Below, in pieces: positions 24,535-38,900 of a stretch of 64,000 bases of DNA. The DNA comes from Podarcis melisellensis. Lineage: Eukaryota. Below the pieces are notes generated by a model that saw only the letters and a list, made by a program, of their open reading frames with translations, had not been told where the DNA came from and did not search any database. Where the stretch lies: NCBI GenBank assembly GCA_964234715.1, contig OZ174285.1; one strand, given 5' to 3'. Positions within the stretch are counted from its first letter, which is position 1. Every line of letters starts with the position of its first letter. The position numbers and the translations under genes were made by a program.

Positions 24535-26322
24535 AAGCATTTTAGCTTTTAGCTCGACACCTGAGCTGTGTAGCAGTAGCAGCAGCAACGATCTCCTTTA
24601 AAACACACTTGGGAGGAATTAATGACCGAATGGTTGGTTTAATTGATTCCTCCTTGGATTGGTGGCTCCAAGTTTCACACCGCTGGTCTGTTCACAAGCT
24701 GATGTCTTCTGGAGTTACCATAAATCTGGGCTAAGACCGCTCGGCTGAAACAGCGCTCCGGCAGTCCGGGGAGGGGTGGGGGCGAAGGCAGAGGATTGTT
24801 CCTGGTAAAGAATGAACCAGGGGCCAAGGCTGTCAGGATAGAACTCGGCTCCTGAAAGTGGATCCCTCTTTCACTTGGGACAGTGAAGTAGCTGCAGCCC
24901 AGGAAACACCAACACACACCCCGCTATAAGTTTTAGAACAAGTTTAGTGCCATAGATCTGTAATGCCTTCAAGGAGAGAGAGAGTGAGAATCGATACAAC
25001 TGGACCAGTTCGTAGTTACGCCGAACTCTGGATGGAGCGAATGAAGAGGGGCAACGCGAACGGAAGGTGGAACAAGCTCTTACTTTCCATTCTACTTTGA
25101 CTAGGCAAAGCACCTGTAAGAATGTCCCAGTTTTGCACCAAAGCAACTGAACGGACAGTTATGAACACATTCTGACTATGGGGCTCTAGTTTTGCCGGCT
25201 AAGAGGATCTGTTTAACATCAAAGGTTGCACCGGGTTTCAACTTCTGGTTGGGTGGGCCTGTATCCATATCTCCATATCTCTATATCTATCTGTAGCATA
25301 TGATCCCAGGATTTATTTCTGCAGGACCCCCGTCTCCTTTTAACCGAACATATTATTTGTTAACCGCCCAATAACCCCGTGAAGTTTGTTCCTGAGAAAA
25401 TGTTCCCATTTTACAGATGAGCAAATAAGGTCGACCGGCCCCTGGCTAGTATCTGTCCTTTTAAAGTAAAACTCTGTTTGGGTTCATGACAAAGAGAGTT
25501 TCTGTGCATGCCGCAAGGTCCTTTTATGCAGCTTAGTACCTTCATTCTGATACATAAGTTGACGTGGATTCCTAATCAACTAAAGTGGGACGTTTAAATA
25601 TTTCTTTTCTCAGAGGAAGCGCACTTATTCTCCCCCCCCCTTCTCCCCCCCTCAGGAACCAATTCTCAAGTACAATTGAAAGCTGTCATATAAGACGACG
25701 GCAGTCTGTGTGCCTGCGCTCGAATTTCTATTCCAGTTGAAGTTAAAGTAACCTGTTAAAGGATGCGGAGTGTATTTCTGTGTGTATCTGATAGACAGAT
25801 CACGCTAATTGTTGACTTAAGTCCCCCAAAGTGTGAAAAAAGAACTTCCTCAAACTTTGCAAACGCTGTCATTGCTCCTAATCCCCCACATTTTCCACTT
25901 TTCTTTCCAGTTTCGGATTGCGTGTGTTTGTGAGCATTTCACCAGATCAGTGACAGCTCTTTATTTGCATAATTATATGCTCTGGTCTGAAGAGAAAACT
26001 AACCCCTAAATTTCATGGGTCACCAAACTACGACAATCAATGTTTTATCACGTATGCTAAGCAAAAACCTAAGAAGCTATATGAAGTTTCTTGGGGAGGT
26101 TTTTACTCCTCAGAAAATTAAAGACGTGGTGCCCCTTCAATAGATGCAAAATCTTTCCAAGCTCTTTGTAACTGAATTCTGTTTGAAGGGGGAAACCAGA
26201 GATTAACACGTAGATCTGGGGAGAGCGAGGCGGGGGCAGAGACCCTCGAGCATCACTTCAAAGTAGATTTCCAAAAAGAAGCGCCTCTGCGTGTTGACAG
26301 TTGCCTGCTCCAAATACTGTAA

Positions 26323-26397
26323 GGGGCCAATCCTATACGTGTATGTTGAGCGTTCAGCGGGGCTTACTCCCGGTAAAGTGGGTCCGGGATTGCAGCC
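26323..26397. repeat. Second copy of the palindromic repeat family
   Basis: CAATCCTATAC...GGGGCTTACTCCCGGTAAAGTG..GGGATTGCAGCC. Confidence 0.65.
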
Positions 26398-29300
26398 TAA
26401 ATCTCATTCGCAGCAAGAAAGGACCCGCAGACCCACTCGGATCCCCAAATAGGATTGTTCGTGTTGTTTGCTTCCCATATACAACTCATGGGTTTAAAGC
26501 TGGGATCCCGCTTTCCTTCCATTTATCAGTGATGGGATGGGAGGGTATAAGACATCTAATCTATCGATCTATTATATTTAAAATTAAATAAACGTAAAGA
26601 CGACCTTAATCGCCCCCAGCCTCGCAACGGGATTTGTTCTGGTCCTTGAATGCACCCAAATCCGTGGGAGGCCCCATTTTTTTGGAATGTGATCAACGTG
26701 CATGGTTGGAGCGAAGAATGGATTTAGGAGTGATCACAAGCCAGAAGGACAGGCGAGAGAAAAAACACCCACTTGACTGAGGACGCTGCAGAACAGGCGG
26801 GAAATTCCTGTGGGGGAAAATGGGGAAAGTGTGTGTCGCGGGGCTGGGGGTGGGAGTTGAGGTCGGAGCAGGAAACCCATCCTGGGGGTCTGCTGGTCCC
26901 CCTTTATTGGGGGAACTGAATTCGGAGTCCTTCTTCTGCAAGTGACTTAAAACTAAAATGAGGCGAAGGGATGAGAAAGTAGGACATTTCTCTTGATCTT
27001 TACTAAGCATTCGCTTCCTGACAGCTTCGGCTGAGGACGATTAAGCCCGAGCCTCGAGCAAGAGCGCAGGCTGGACATTTGGAGCCGACAGGAGTTGTGC
27101 CTGTCCCGCCGCCAAGGCAGCCTCTGCGCCCAGGAAGGAGCCGCGGTGGTTTGGCCGGAGTCGCCACGAGAGCTGCCCGCGCCCTGGATGAAAAGGCCGG
27201 TGGTCGCCTTCTTCCCCTTCAGAGCATCAAATGAGAATAATCTGGGGGAAGAAGGAGAGAAAAGCCCTCGCCTCTTCACCTCCATGGCGAATGCGGGCTC
27301 TCAGCTGGAGGAGTAGCATCTGACATTCCTCCTCACAAGAGGGAAACTTCAAAAGAAGCGCAGGGAACTGGAGAGGGAGAATCCAACAGGCGAATATTCG
27401 CGGCACGAAGGGGGACCGCTCTGGAGAGCTCAGGACCAGCCTGCCTCAGGTTCCCTCTGCCTCTGGCCCGGCTTCCTGGGGGAAAGGGAGCAGGTCGCTC
27501 GCCCCGACGGCCGAGGTTTTGCTAGCCTCTCCATGAGAGGGTTCCCTGCCTCCCAGGCTCTCCCTGCAGCCCCGACATGCCTGGGTCTCTGTTGAGGTCA
27601 GGTGACGAGAACGACCGGCTAGCAGTTCCCGGCTCGCCACTCCAGGCTGGACCCGCGAGGCTTGAAAGGAAAGGCCCTGCTTGACTGGCGGGGGGTGGGG
27701 AGACTTTTCACTCTTCCTTCCGCATAATGCCTTCTGCCCCCTCCCAAAAAGCCCATCTCAGGCCCATCTTTTGCTTTCGAATTCCCCCTGTGGGGGAACA
27801 GTATAGCAGAGCTTCGACCCACCCAGTGCAATGTCTACTGCCCCTTCGGATCACCTCGATTGAACAAAGAGTAAAATATGAGAGATGTTTCTTTGCTTCT
27901 GCGTTTAATGAATTCCTTGAACGGGTTCCCTAGACCCTGAAGGAGCGCACACCAGTCTTAATTTCGCCCCAGTTCCACCTGCGATTTACTCCTACTTAAG
28001 ACAAGTTAAGAAGCATCTTGCGGGTAACATCGTATCTAATACCTTCACGTGCAAGTGTTTGGAGGCTGGGTGCGCGCGCGGACCTCCTCTTTCTCCTCGA
28101 ACTTTTTTGTTCTTTAAAAAAGTTTGGGATTGTCCCTCAGTTATTAACCAGTTGGTTAATTCACTTTCTGTTTCCTAAATATAGGTGCAGGGCTTTATCT
28201 TAAAAAGTTTACTTTTGCATCCTAATTAATTCTTCTAACTAGGGGAATCTTGAGAGCCTGTTAATTAGTAACGTCGATTTAACTCCTGTGCGACTTTCCT
28301 GATCTTTGGCACAAATCAGAGTAGCTTTTCTGCTAACAGAGAGATAGACTAGAAAAGAGAGGATAAAGAAAGACGTAATAGCTGCTTCATGGATCGCTGA
28401 ACATGTGTTCATTCGGGCATCTCTATCTGCACATCTTAAAGCCACTTTAAAGGATACCTAAGAAATCTGGAACCCTGGAACCCTGGGTTTAGCCCTGCTG
28501 AATCTCTCATTTCACCCTTGCTTTTCCTTAAAACTCAGTGTGTTAAAGAATCAGGATCAGGTTTCCATGTTAATCTGCTACTTGGAAGCAAGTTGGAAGA
28601 TAACGACTCAGTCCTTCAGCTTCCAAAGTGGGTGGGAAGTTATGATACGGGTGGTTTCTGAACCTCCCAAGTTGGGCTGTTAAGATTTAGAAAATAGAGA
28701 AACCATGTCAGCCGCGGGAAGGTGTCCAAACTTTTACCAGGCTGGGGTGGGGATGCGAATTGGGAACCCCTTGATAGAGCAACTGAGGCCGTGACAGTCT
28801 CTCTGCCAGGAAACCCGAAAAAGCGGAGCGGAGCTGGGTTTGCGCCATCCACTCTCTGTAGCACCATGGACAGCTCCTAGTTCTGAGCTGCCCTCGCCCT
28901 AAACAAGCCTCTCCTTGCCTCGTTCAGCCCAAGCCTGGAGCAGGCTGCGGAAGACCGCGCTCTCAGGGACGACGTTTTTGTATCCTGAATCCCGCCTGCT
29001 CCGCGCTTCCTCTCATCTCCCTTGAAGCGGGGAGAGTTAACCATGCATTTATGCCCCCTTCTCAGGACTTTCCACCTCATGTGCTCCTCTGGTCCGATTA
29101 CACTGCCCTGGTCTGATGCCACTGCCCGCAAGCCCCCGATTTCGTTTTCATCCTCTGTCCTCTCCCTAAGCCCCTTCCGCCAAGATTCCCGCGTTGCCCA
29201 TCCTTGGTTTCCAGCTTTGCCCAAAACCAGACCTCCTCCTCCTCCTCTCTCTTTCTCATTACGGGGATACGTGCATGCCATTTCCCCCTTCCCAGGCGAT

Positions 29301-29677
29301 CTTCATCTTTCCCTTGGCTATAGAGGCGATACTGGTGGGGGCGGGGATCTGAGGTCCTCGTGGTTGGTTGCAAAGCAGATCCGCTTCCCTTCTTTGATGC
29401 GCGCCTACTCGATGCAACCCCACTGACTGCCAGGCAGCTGGTTAATTGCAGCCTCGGGAGAGGCACCCCAGAGCCAGAGCCCTAAGAGCCTGGCAGCCCT
29501 CCCTTTCTCCCTCTCCACCCTCCCCGCTTTGCTAAAGGGTCGGCTAGTCTGCGCGTCTCAGCCCCGTAACTTTACCTCCCTTCAACTTCCCCCTTCCAGA
29601 CCCGCCACCTGCTGTGATCGTCGGGACTTTAAGCCCTCTCTCAGTCTCCGCATCCTTTAATTCAAGTTATGCGCAAG

Positions 29678-29709
<32 letters not shown>

Positions 29710-31975
29710 AATAATGTCTCTTTTTTCTTCCTCTTTGATCACGTCCCTGTCATTTTAGCAAACAACTTGCAGCCGTGCAAGCTTGTAAAGTCAAGCTATT
29801 TACGTGTTCGCTATTTAAATGCAACAAGATGCTCTCTACTCATTAAAATGTTCTCGCTCTGCCTTCTTTTGCTGAGAGATCCGATCCCTTCCCATTTGCT
29901 TCCCCGATCCGTCCAAAATTACAAAAAATGGGTAAAGGGGGGTGGAATGAGCAAGTTTTATAGCTAAGGATTTCCTGGCTTTCCTTTAATATAAATGCCC
30001 CCAGCCCCAGCTGAGCAAGGACAGCGAGGAGTTACAGACCTCCTTGCTTTTGAGTTATTGGGGAGGAATGGCTTTGGGGCATTAGGAAAGCAAAGTTATA
30101 GCCCAGTGCTCTTACTAATATCAAATACTATTACGGATCATGAGCCAGATTCATGGAAACGGATATTTAGATATCCACAATAGGATTATTTGAGGGTTAT
30201 TTTCCTCTCCTCAAATGAAATAACCCGCTGCCTTCTCTCTGCTAGCTTGTGGAGAACAGAGTTTGCTTATTAAAAGGGTTCGCTCCAACGTCGGAGTCGA
30301 ATTATTCTGTTTTCAGCATCAACTTTGCTGGCAAGTTCACGAGGGAAACCTCGAACCCCCTTTTTGTCATCACGACCCCTTATCCGTGTTACGATGGATT
30401 AAATGGAATCCCTTCTTCTCGACCCACCTGTAGTCGGTTCGCCTCACACACGCGCGCACCACCGTTTTCACTGTTCTCTATAGGGCAGCTTCGTAGGGGG
30501 AATTCTTAGTTTTCTCTGCTTGATCTTCATTTGAGCCCACAAAAAGTCCAAGGAAAGGGTCCACTCGCTCCCCCCAACTAGCCAACCGGCCCTGGGTAGG
30601 CGGAGGGGGCCGCTTTCGTTTTTTGTAGGAGGGACCCCAGAGGCAGAACGGTTAGGAATTAAACTTTCAGAGGAATAACCTGTTGCACGCTTCTGATTTG
30701 GGGAAAGTGAAGATCACCGTGGTATTTTATTTTTATTTTTTAAATTCGTGGTATCTTCTATCTAACCAGGATATTTTATAGCGTGGATACTGATAGCTTT
30801 CTGATCAGTAATCGAATTGATTCCAGACCATAATTCAGACATTGTTGTAGTGAGCAATGTTACTATGAACCAGTTTTGTATTATTGTTATTCTTATTATT
30901 CTTGACAACTAATTGGCCGAGTGAAAGTTAGATGTCTGCATATTTAAGAGGGGGAAGGATTTGTGTTTCGAGGTAGCTCACCTTCGGTATTAAATATTTG
31001 CTCCTTTCTTTGATCTATATTAGGATATTAGGTTTCTCCGGAGCTTGAGCCTCACTGACTAACAAAAAAATCCTTTTGTCAATCCTGCATTAAACCTTCT
31101 CATCTCAGTTCTTACGAAATCCTCCTTCTTCGGGTAATTTTGCTTTGTGTCTCCCCACCTCCATTATTCTGAACATACATATCCTGAACATATCCTGAAC
31201 AATTTAGCGAGTGCATGTCCGTGTTAGTAATCTAAAAAATAACTTTTAATGGGAGGCATATAGAAAATAATGGAATCTTAGAAAGGGGAAACAGGAAAGG
31301 GACTAGAGATTGGGTGTCCAACATGAAAGCATTTTCAATTATTTGCTCCTCAATTATTTTCCCCAGCTATGGTTTACCTTGTGATTATTTTCTTTTTTTC
31401 TTATTCGTGACATGCGTTGAATAATATTACTCTCCTCCCCCCCTTTCTTACCTCTTGTAACCCTTCAAAGTCGTTTGAAATTACTTTTCTTGTCTTTTGG
31501 CCATTTGTCAACGTCAAAACTACCTGGGCTATCTAGTGAAATGAAAGTGTTTCATGTATATCTTAGATATATGAAAGGATTCCTCAATAGAGTTTTCTGG
31601 AAATCAATAGACACCCATTAATGTCCTAAGTGCCTACTGGGTATTTTTTTGGGGGGGGTAGTGAGCTCCTTGGGTATAATATCCTGGGATAAAGTTGCAG
31701 GATCCTCATTACAATCCACTGGGATAGTGGAGTTGGACAAAGAACATTTTCAAGAGTAATTACATTTAGGGAAGTTTTGAAAACATGGGGCGGGCACCAG
31801 ATGCTGCTTCTGAGCTCTGTCTTGCTTCAGGAACGTATTTCTGTCGCCTCTCTCCCACTGAATGATTGTGGATATATGAGTGTCATTTTCCTGTTTATCT
31901 ATCTGTGCTCAAGCCTAAGTACTTTACTTTTAACATGCCACAGTATGTGCGTGTAAGATTGTGTGTGTGTGCATG

Positions 31976-32006
<31 letters not shown>

Positions 32007-35000
32007 ATATATCACGCATTTATTCGCTAGCATCCTTGTAATAATGGGTTCGACTTTCAGCCCCTGCAAGACAAACTTTATTCTGCTCCATGGAAATGAA
32101 CCTTAGATGTGCAGATGAACTCTATACACTGATTGAGTAGAAGCTACACTCCGGCCCACCTTATTAACGATTATAATTGTGGCTCCCTGCTCATCAGGAC
32201 CGGCTCTCTGAAAGAGGTTTCTTTCTGCTACTCTCCACTTCCCTTCATACCCGCACGATGCTTAAGCTGACGACCCCAGAGCGTTCAGAGGAGGAGACGC
32301 ATATCCTAAGACGAAGCAAGGCAACCCAGCTTCTTTCTCCATGGGCAGTTCTGCCTGGCCCACAAAAGACGGGAAAGAGCCTTGCCTGCTTTAAAGCACT
32401 GCTCTTTAAAGATCAACTGCTGAAAGAGATACCTGTGCGCTTTGAATTGCTTTAGGGGAGGGAGGGAGAGAATCAGAGCGAGGTTCTGCCGGCGCTGCAC
32501 CTAAAACCAGAATGTCCCAGGAAGGTAGAGGGATTCGTTCATGTTGGTGCAAGTGAAGCCGTAACAAGAGCCAAACTCTGCAGCATTTAAGATTTCATTA
32601 TCAGCTTTCTACCTTGGAAAACGAGACCCGTTTGCTTAACTTAATCCGGAACATATGTTTGCAACTGTAGCGCCGTGTGTGTGTGTCTGTGTGTTTCTCT
32701 GTGTGTGTGGTTTGAAGTTGATCAAGTTGTAAATTTTCCGCCTTAGGTTTTCAGCGCCTCCTAGTTACAGCCTAACACTTTGAGATTTTACAAAGGCTCT
32801 AACTAAAGGGGAGAAAATGAAATAACAACCATGTAATTTATCGAATGTTGCGAGTCGCACCAAACCAGCCTATTTTTCTTCCCCTGTGGTAGTGATTGTT
32901 GTTAAAGACCTGCATTTCTGAGAAACTGAGCCAGAAAAGAGAATGCAACAAAATGACTTCTGAAAAAGGAACGTCTTTAATATGCATTGCTGCTTTAACA
33001 CTTAAGAATACGCTCTTCCTGTTTCTATAAACGTAACGATGATCACAATAATAGTATTTGAAATCTGGAATTAATAATAAATTAAAAGTACTTTATACTC
33101 TAATACATGTACCTGTCAATACAAAACTTTCAGATTACTTTTTCTAAGGAGAGGAGTTTCCATATAATGAATCCCTAATCATATAATCAATAGAAACAAC
33201 CGAGGCTTTTAAATTTCTAAACAGTTTTCTTACTTTAATGAAATGAATAAATTTAGAACACGGAAGGTAATTTTGCAGAATAAATTTAGACTGTAGGAGA
33301 TACAGAAACAGACCCCCAGGCTTTACAAACATTAAAAAAAAGATGAAAAGAGAACGTACATTTGATTTTGTGGCATTTTCACTTTAAATCGCTCATAATT
33401 GTTTTGATCTATTCATGAAAGAGTGACAAGGAGGCTAACTTAATACGACCAGTTTCTATTTCTGGTGAAGCTAGATCTCATGTGCGTATTTACATTGCCT
33501 GCAAGTAATGAAAACATGTATCAAATCTCCGGGTTGTGTGTTGCTTTTTTTATTAGGTTTCCCTAAATACAAATTAGCTACATTTTGGTCCAGCCACCAA
33601 AAAGGAGGGAAATCATTAAGTAGATTACAACATGATTACAACATGAATTGGCAGAGAGTAAAGACGCCATAGGTCTGATTTTGCTTGCAGGCTGCCTTTT
33701 ATTTCAATCGGGATATTTATATGATGATTCTGTATGATTCTTAACATTATTTAATAGCACTTTTTCTTTTTTGCTGGAACTAAAGTGCGTTCCTCGCAGA
33801 ACGAAGCGGGGGTAGGTAATCTGATTAATCGGGGGGAGGCTATACGAAAAGGGGCCGTTATAGCTCTGAATCGGAATGTATTGAGAGACACAGCGCCATC
33901 TAGCAAACAAACGGAGAATCAAAGGCGAGGAATCGGCGAGGCCCTTCGGGCAGTCATAGAAAAAGAGGGGGGGGGAGAGAGAAGCGAGAGAGAGACTGAG
34001 CAGGAAACTTACACTGCATCGTCAGTTTCACCTGAGCAGAGCTCCCCCTCCCCCCCAGCAGACAATCCGCACTCCGTTCAGTGTTTCGCAGGGCTCTGCC
34101 CTTTCCTTCCCTGCTTCTGAAAGAGCAACTCGGCTCCGTGTCGTTTGCGCTTCGCTTCTGAGTATTAGGACAGGCAGGTTTCCCTTAATCAAGGTCAGAT
34201 ATTACTAGCACTATCTGGTCCCTGGGATGTATACAACCGAGGTACACGCACCTGCCAGGCGCTTAATAACTTTTTCTCTGCTCGTTATCTCCAGCTCTCG
34301 TTTTTAGGGATGGGGAAAGAGTGAGAGAAGTCAATTGAGCAGTACAGAAAGGACAAAAGTCACCAGGTCCCCTGACTGTTCTATCCTTGCATCTCCACCA
34401 CACCCCAGTATAGCCAAGGTGGTTGGTGGCTGCTTGGTTGCTTTGCTGGTCCGGGGAAATGCAGGCGTTTAAACGCTCGGTGAAATAGATGTAATATATT
34501 TTCACCAACTTATGATGCCAGGCGGTGGCCACGTCGCTCAAGGGAAGCAACGCCCTTCGATGTGTATTTGCATGGCGTTCGAAGGACTACAAAACAAAGG
34601 CAGGGCATATTCCATTCTCGTAATCTTTGCTGTTCGATTAATCTTCTGTGGCTTTCTTTCTTTTTTAAAAAAAGGATGGTGGAGGGAGAGGAAAGGGTGT
34701 GGGGGGGAGCAGAGAGAATAAACCAAATAATCCACCTCTGGGTATTTGCAAGCCATGTTTACATTAGTTCTGCAAAATTAAACAAAGACACCAAATGACT
34801 GTGAGGAAGAGAAATTGTTGCCACTCTGCAAGCGCGCGGAAGGCTCTCTAATAAAGGGAGAGTCATTATCGAGGCTTCGTGGAAATCGTCGCGGGTTAGG
34901 AAGAGGCGACTAAGACAAATAAGGCGCACCTTTGCCTTCACAGCTCTTTATTGCCACCTGCTCGAGAAATGTTCCTGCGGAGTATCAGAAGCCCAAATGT

Positions 35001-35892
35001 CACCCGTCGCTCTTGTGCTGTTGTTGTGAAGTGTCTGGGCTGTGAAAGATTGTCTCCAGATGCGCCCACCCTTCAGAACAGGCTTCTGGCGCCCACTCGC
35101 CTTTCAACTGGCCAAGCATCTTTCGACATTCCCCTTTTAGAAGCCCAGTATTCAACATCTCAGCTAACCTTGCATCCTTCCCCAAAAAAACCTTCCCACC
35201 CACCTCTCCCCGGCCATTCAGATCCTTGAGATTAACATGGCTTGAAACTAACAGGGTTCTCAGAACGTGTCCGTCGTAACAACCACAAGGGTCCGATCCA
35301 CCAGCTCTAGTATTTGCTTGCCTAACTCCCTGAAGGAAAAAGAGGGGGGGTCTTCCCCCTTCCTCCTCTAATTTCTTTTTTTCCCGAGGTCTGAGCTTTC
35401 CGTTCTGTGAGATCCATGGGAAATACGGAGCAGAATGGTGGCCACTGAAATCAGCTCTGTCCAGCTCTTGAAGTTCCTTGGAAAAAAGGAGAACTATATT
35501 GGGGAAGCGGGGTGTGTGTAGGGCAGGGAGAAGGCTGCTCTCTTTGGGTGGTTTTATCTCTATCGCCTGTTCTCGTCCAGATTTCTTACCCATGAAACCT
35601 GCTCCGTGGTGGGGTTCCCCAGCTGTTTAAATGAACATTGATTTATTGCGTTTAAAAGTAAATTTACACACACGCCAACATCATTCCGTTTTGTTTCCCC
35701 AGACCCTAAGATTTATTTTCTGCTTAGCGCTTGTCTGACAAAACAATGTCCTTTAACTTTATTACACATCGATGAGGAAATCTGTCTTATTTCCCCCCTG
35801 CTTGGATTTATTGCTCTTGTTACCTGGTTTGTTGAGGAAGGGATGGGTGGAGAGAAGGCTGTGGAAAGCGGGGAAATTACGAAAAAAAGAAA

Positions 35893-35894
<2 letters not shown>

Positions 35895-35944
<50 letters not shown>

Positions 35945-35953
35945 AGAAAGAAA
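35895..35953. repeat. (GAAA)n microsatellite
   Basis: Read directly from the sequence. Confidence 0.9.
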
Positions 35954-38900
35954 GGCTGACTTGAAGAAATATAGGCGCACCTCGCAGGTCCCGGGCTTTG
36001 GGAAAAGGGAGCAGGGCGGAAGAGCAGGAAAATACTAATTTTCACAAATTAGAATGTTCGAGTGATTTGTTTTAAGAGACTCAAAGCTCCCTTCATCTGC
36101 TAGAAGGCCTGATGCTCTTTGCACAAACTCTTTTGCAACAGATCCATTACTGAGAAGCAAAAATATAATACAACAAAACAAACAAAGCAAAATAAAAATA
36201 ATCCTACCACTCTGACTTACCTCTGCGCAGTAAAGTCCCAATTACCCAGCCTATGGGATGGTTGCTCTCAGGGGATTGAGCTGCACTTTGAAACAGTCTT
36301 TACGGTACACTTCATCTACGTTTTTGTTGTCTTTAGTTCTCATTAAAAGGCCACTTTATTCTTTTCACTGATATACTGTCTGTGTTCTTCATTTCACACT
36401 CTTGAAAGCAAAGTTCTTACAACTTATCAGGGAAGAAGGGCTCCGAGGCTCTTTGGGGTGGGGATGGAGCTAGAGGGGTTGAGAAAGAGAGGCAGGAGAG
36501 GGAAATCCGTGGACAGGAATTTTAAAGATTTTTTTCTGAGCACACAGAGAGAGAGACAAACAAGAGAGGTTGTTGAGGCAATGGGCTATTTCAGGGGTGT
36601 TGGTGGAAAAATTGAAAAGGGCTATCGGGCAGTCATACAGCGTTAGCCAGACACTGTGTGTGTGTGTGTGTGTGTGTAGCCTGGCCTTATTCCGACTCCC
36701 CTACTCCCCCCCCACCTGATTTATCACAGAGGCGTCTAATAATCACTTTGGAGATGTCAACTGAGGACTGTCCCTTTGCAAGGCGAAAGTGAAGATGTAA
36801 GGAAGCGTGGGGGAGCAATTCTTTGTAGACAGTCTCCCATAAGTGCACTCCCTTTCAGGCCAGACCCCCGGGCTCCGAGAGCCACTCCACCCGCCTTCCC
36901 CACTTGTTGTCCAGACCGGCGCAAGAAACCCAGAGCGTTTATTTGGAAGAATCTCTTACCGAGCCAGAAAGAGGGTAGTAGGGTCAGTCAGCTACATCGG
37001 TCTGAATCGATCTCGAATCAATATCGATCTCGAATCGAAAGACCTTTTTCCCGTGCGCGCGTGCGTGTGCCCAGATAGCGTATACACGGCTCTAAGAATG
37101 CACCCAGGATCCGACCCGAAGTGGAGCCAAAGAAGAAAAGGGGGCAAGGCTCTAGCAGCATTTCTTTCTGCTTGCCCTTTGAATGGGGCCGTGTCACTCA
37201 GAGAACTAAGGGCCATTTCTTTAATCTCTCTCCTCTGCCCTCACAGATCGACAGCCTTTCTCCCCTCTCCTTGCTACCCCCCCTCATGCCCCCCTCCCTT
37301 CAGGGCACAAGATCCCCGTCCAGCTAGGCTCAGGCCGTCGCCGCTGCCTTCAGTGGAAGATCATAAGCCGGGCTACGTCCCCTGGTCCCCGACGGGATAG
37401 ACGCCGGGGCTCCTGGAGAGCCGTGCGGACCCCTGGGCACCCCACCCCTCACTGGAGCCATGCCCCAAAGAAATGGAGGGCCCAGGATTGGTGATGAATT
37501 AGTCTTTTGGGGAGTGGGGTGATTTTTCTTAATTCAATCAGGCATCCTAAAGACAGGTGGAATGCCCCAGAATATCTATTTGTGGATTAGAAAACTGCAT
37601 GGAGACGTTTTCAAATCGAACCGACGTTCTATGGATTCGAATTAGGATGGATCTTTCCCCCCCTTTTTTTAATCTACCCAGTTATGCCACAGTGGTGAAC
37701 CAGAGGGAATTAAGCCCTCTTCAAGTCCAAAGGCTTGGATTCCTCTTCGAGGAGGCTCGGGCTACAGATGGCTCAGGGACACTCAACCAGCTTCGTAGGA
37801 GCCAGCAAAGACTATGAACTAGCTGCTGCCACACGTGTATGTGTGTGTGTGTGTTGGGGTATTTTTAGAGTTGGAGTAGCCACTCCACCAGCAAAAGGAG
37901 AAATGGTTCAAAGCAAGATCTCTACTGCTGCCCTCCTTTACTCACAAGCAAGCCCGCCCGCCTGCCTGCCTCCCAATTTCATGAGGCTTAATCCCAAGGA
38001 ACCGTGCACAGGCGGCCTGTATTCAAGGGAGAGCCATTTTGCAAGGGGCACCCGCGGTACTGCTCTGGCATGATGGGCGTCACCAGCTGCCTCCTCATCC
38101 CAGCGATCTCTGATCCAAATGCACACGTTCTTTCCAAGCGGATGGAGAGAAATACATAACCGGGTTGAGGGTGCATGCCTTACACCGCCGCCGCCAATAA
38201 GCCAGGGGCCTGTTTCTCTCTCTCTCTCTGCCCTCCGAGGTACTATTGAGAGAACGTCAGCCACTCCTTCCCCGGCTCGATCCTCGCCCAGATTAAGCCG
38301 CAGTAGTTCCATGTCAGCTGATTTCCCACCCCACTCAGAGACACCTCTGACTTAATTCCGGGATTCTGAGAAATGTAAATAAAAGGGCATCGGACTGGGA
38401 TGTCAGGCGCCCTGGGCCCCCGGAAATTCAAGTGGATGGCAGATTGAATAAATGCCGGCATTACCGAATTGTGGGCAGCTTTGGGGGGGAAAGGTGAGAG
38501 GAACTATCTGAGTGTGGGGGCAAACGGTCGATTCACCCACAGAATCTGACATGTTATTTTCTCTTTGCAGCAATAATAAATAGGCACTAATGAACCGAGG
38601 TACTAACTGTGTCCCCTAAGAGGGCAAAGCTCCAGGCGCAAAGATGACTGCCCGTTGCAAATGGTGAGCAAACACGCGCGCGCACACACAAACACCCCCC
38701 CACACCACTAACTTGGGACCCGCTTTCTAGCGGCCCCTTCCCAAGGAAAGGCGAGGGCAGCCGAGAACGTGGGTGAATAAAACGCCAGTTAAAACGCTAT
38801 TAAACAGCGCAGAAGGTGCAAAGCTCGCGCCTCGTTCCGCCTTGATATGCAATTAAATTACAGCAAATTCCTCTTTAAATAATATCGTTTGGAATCCTTC

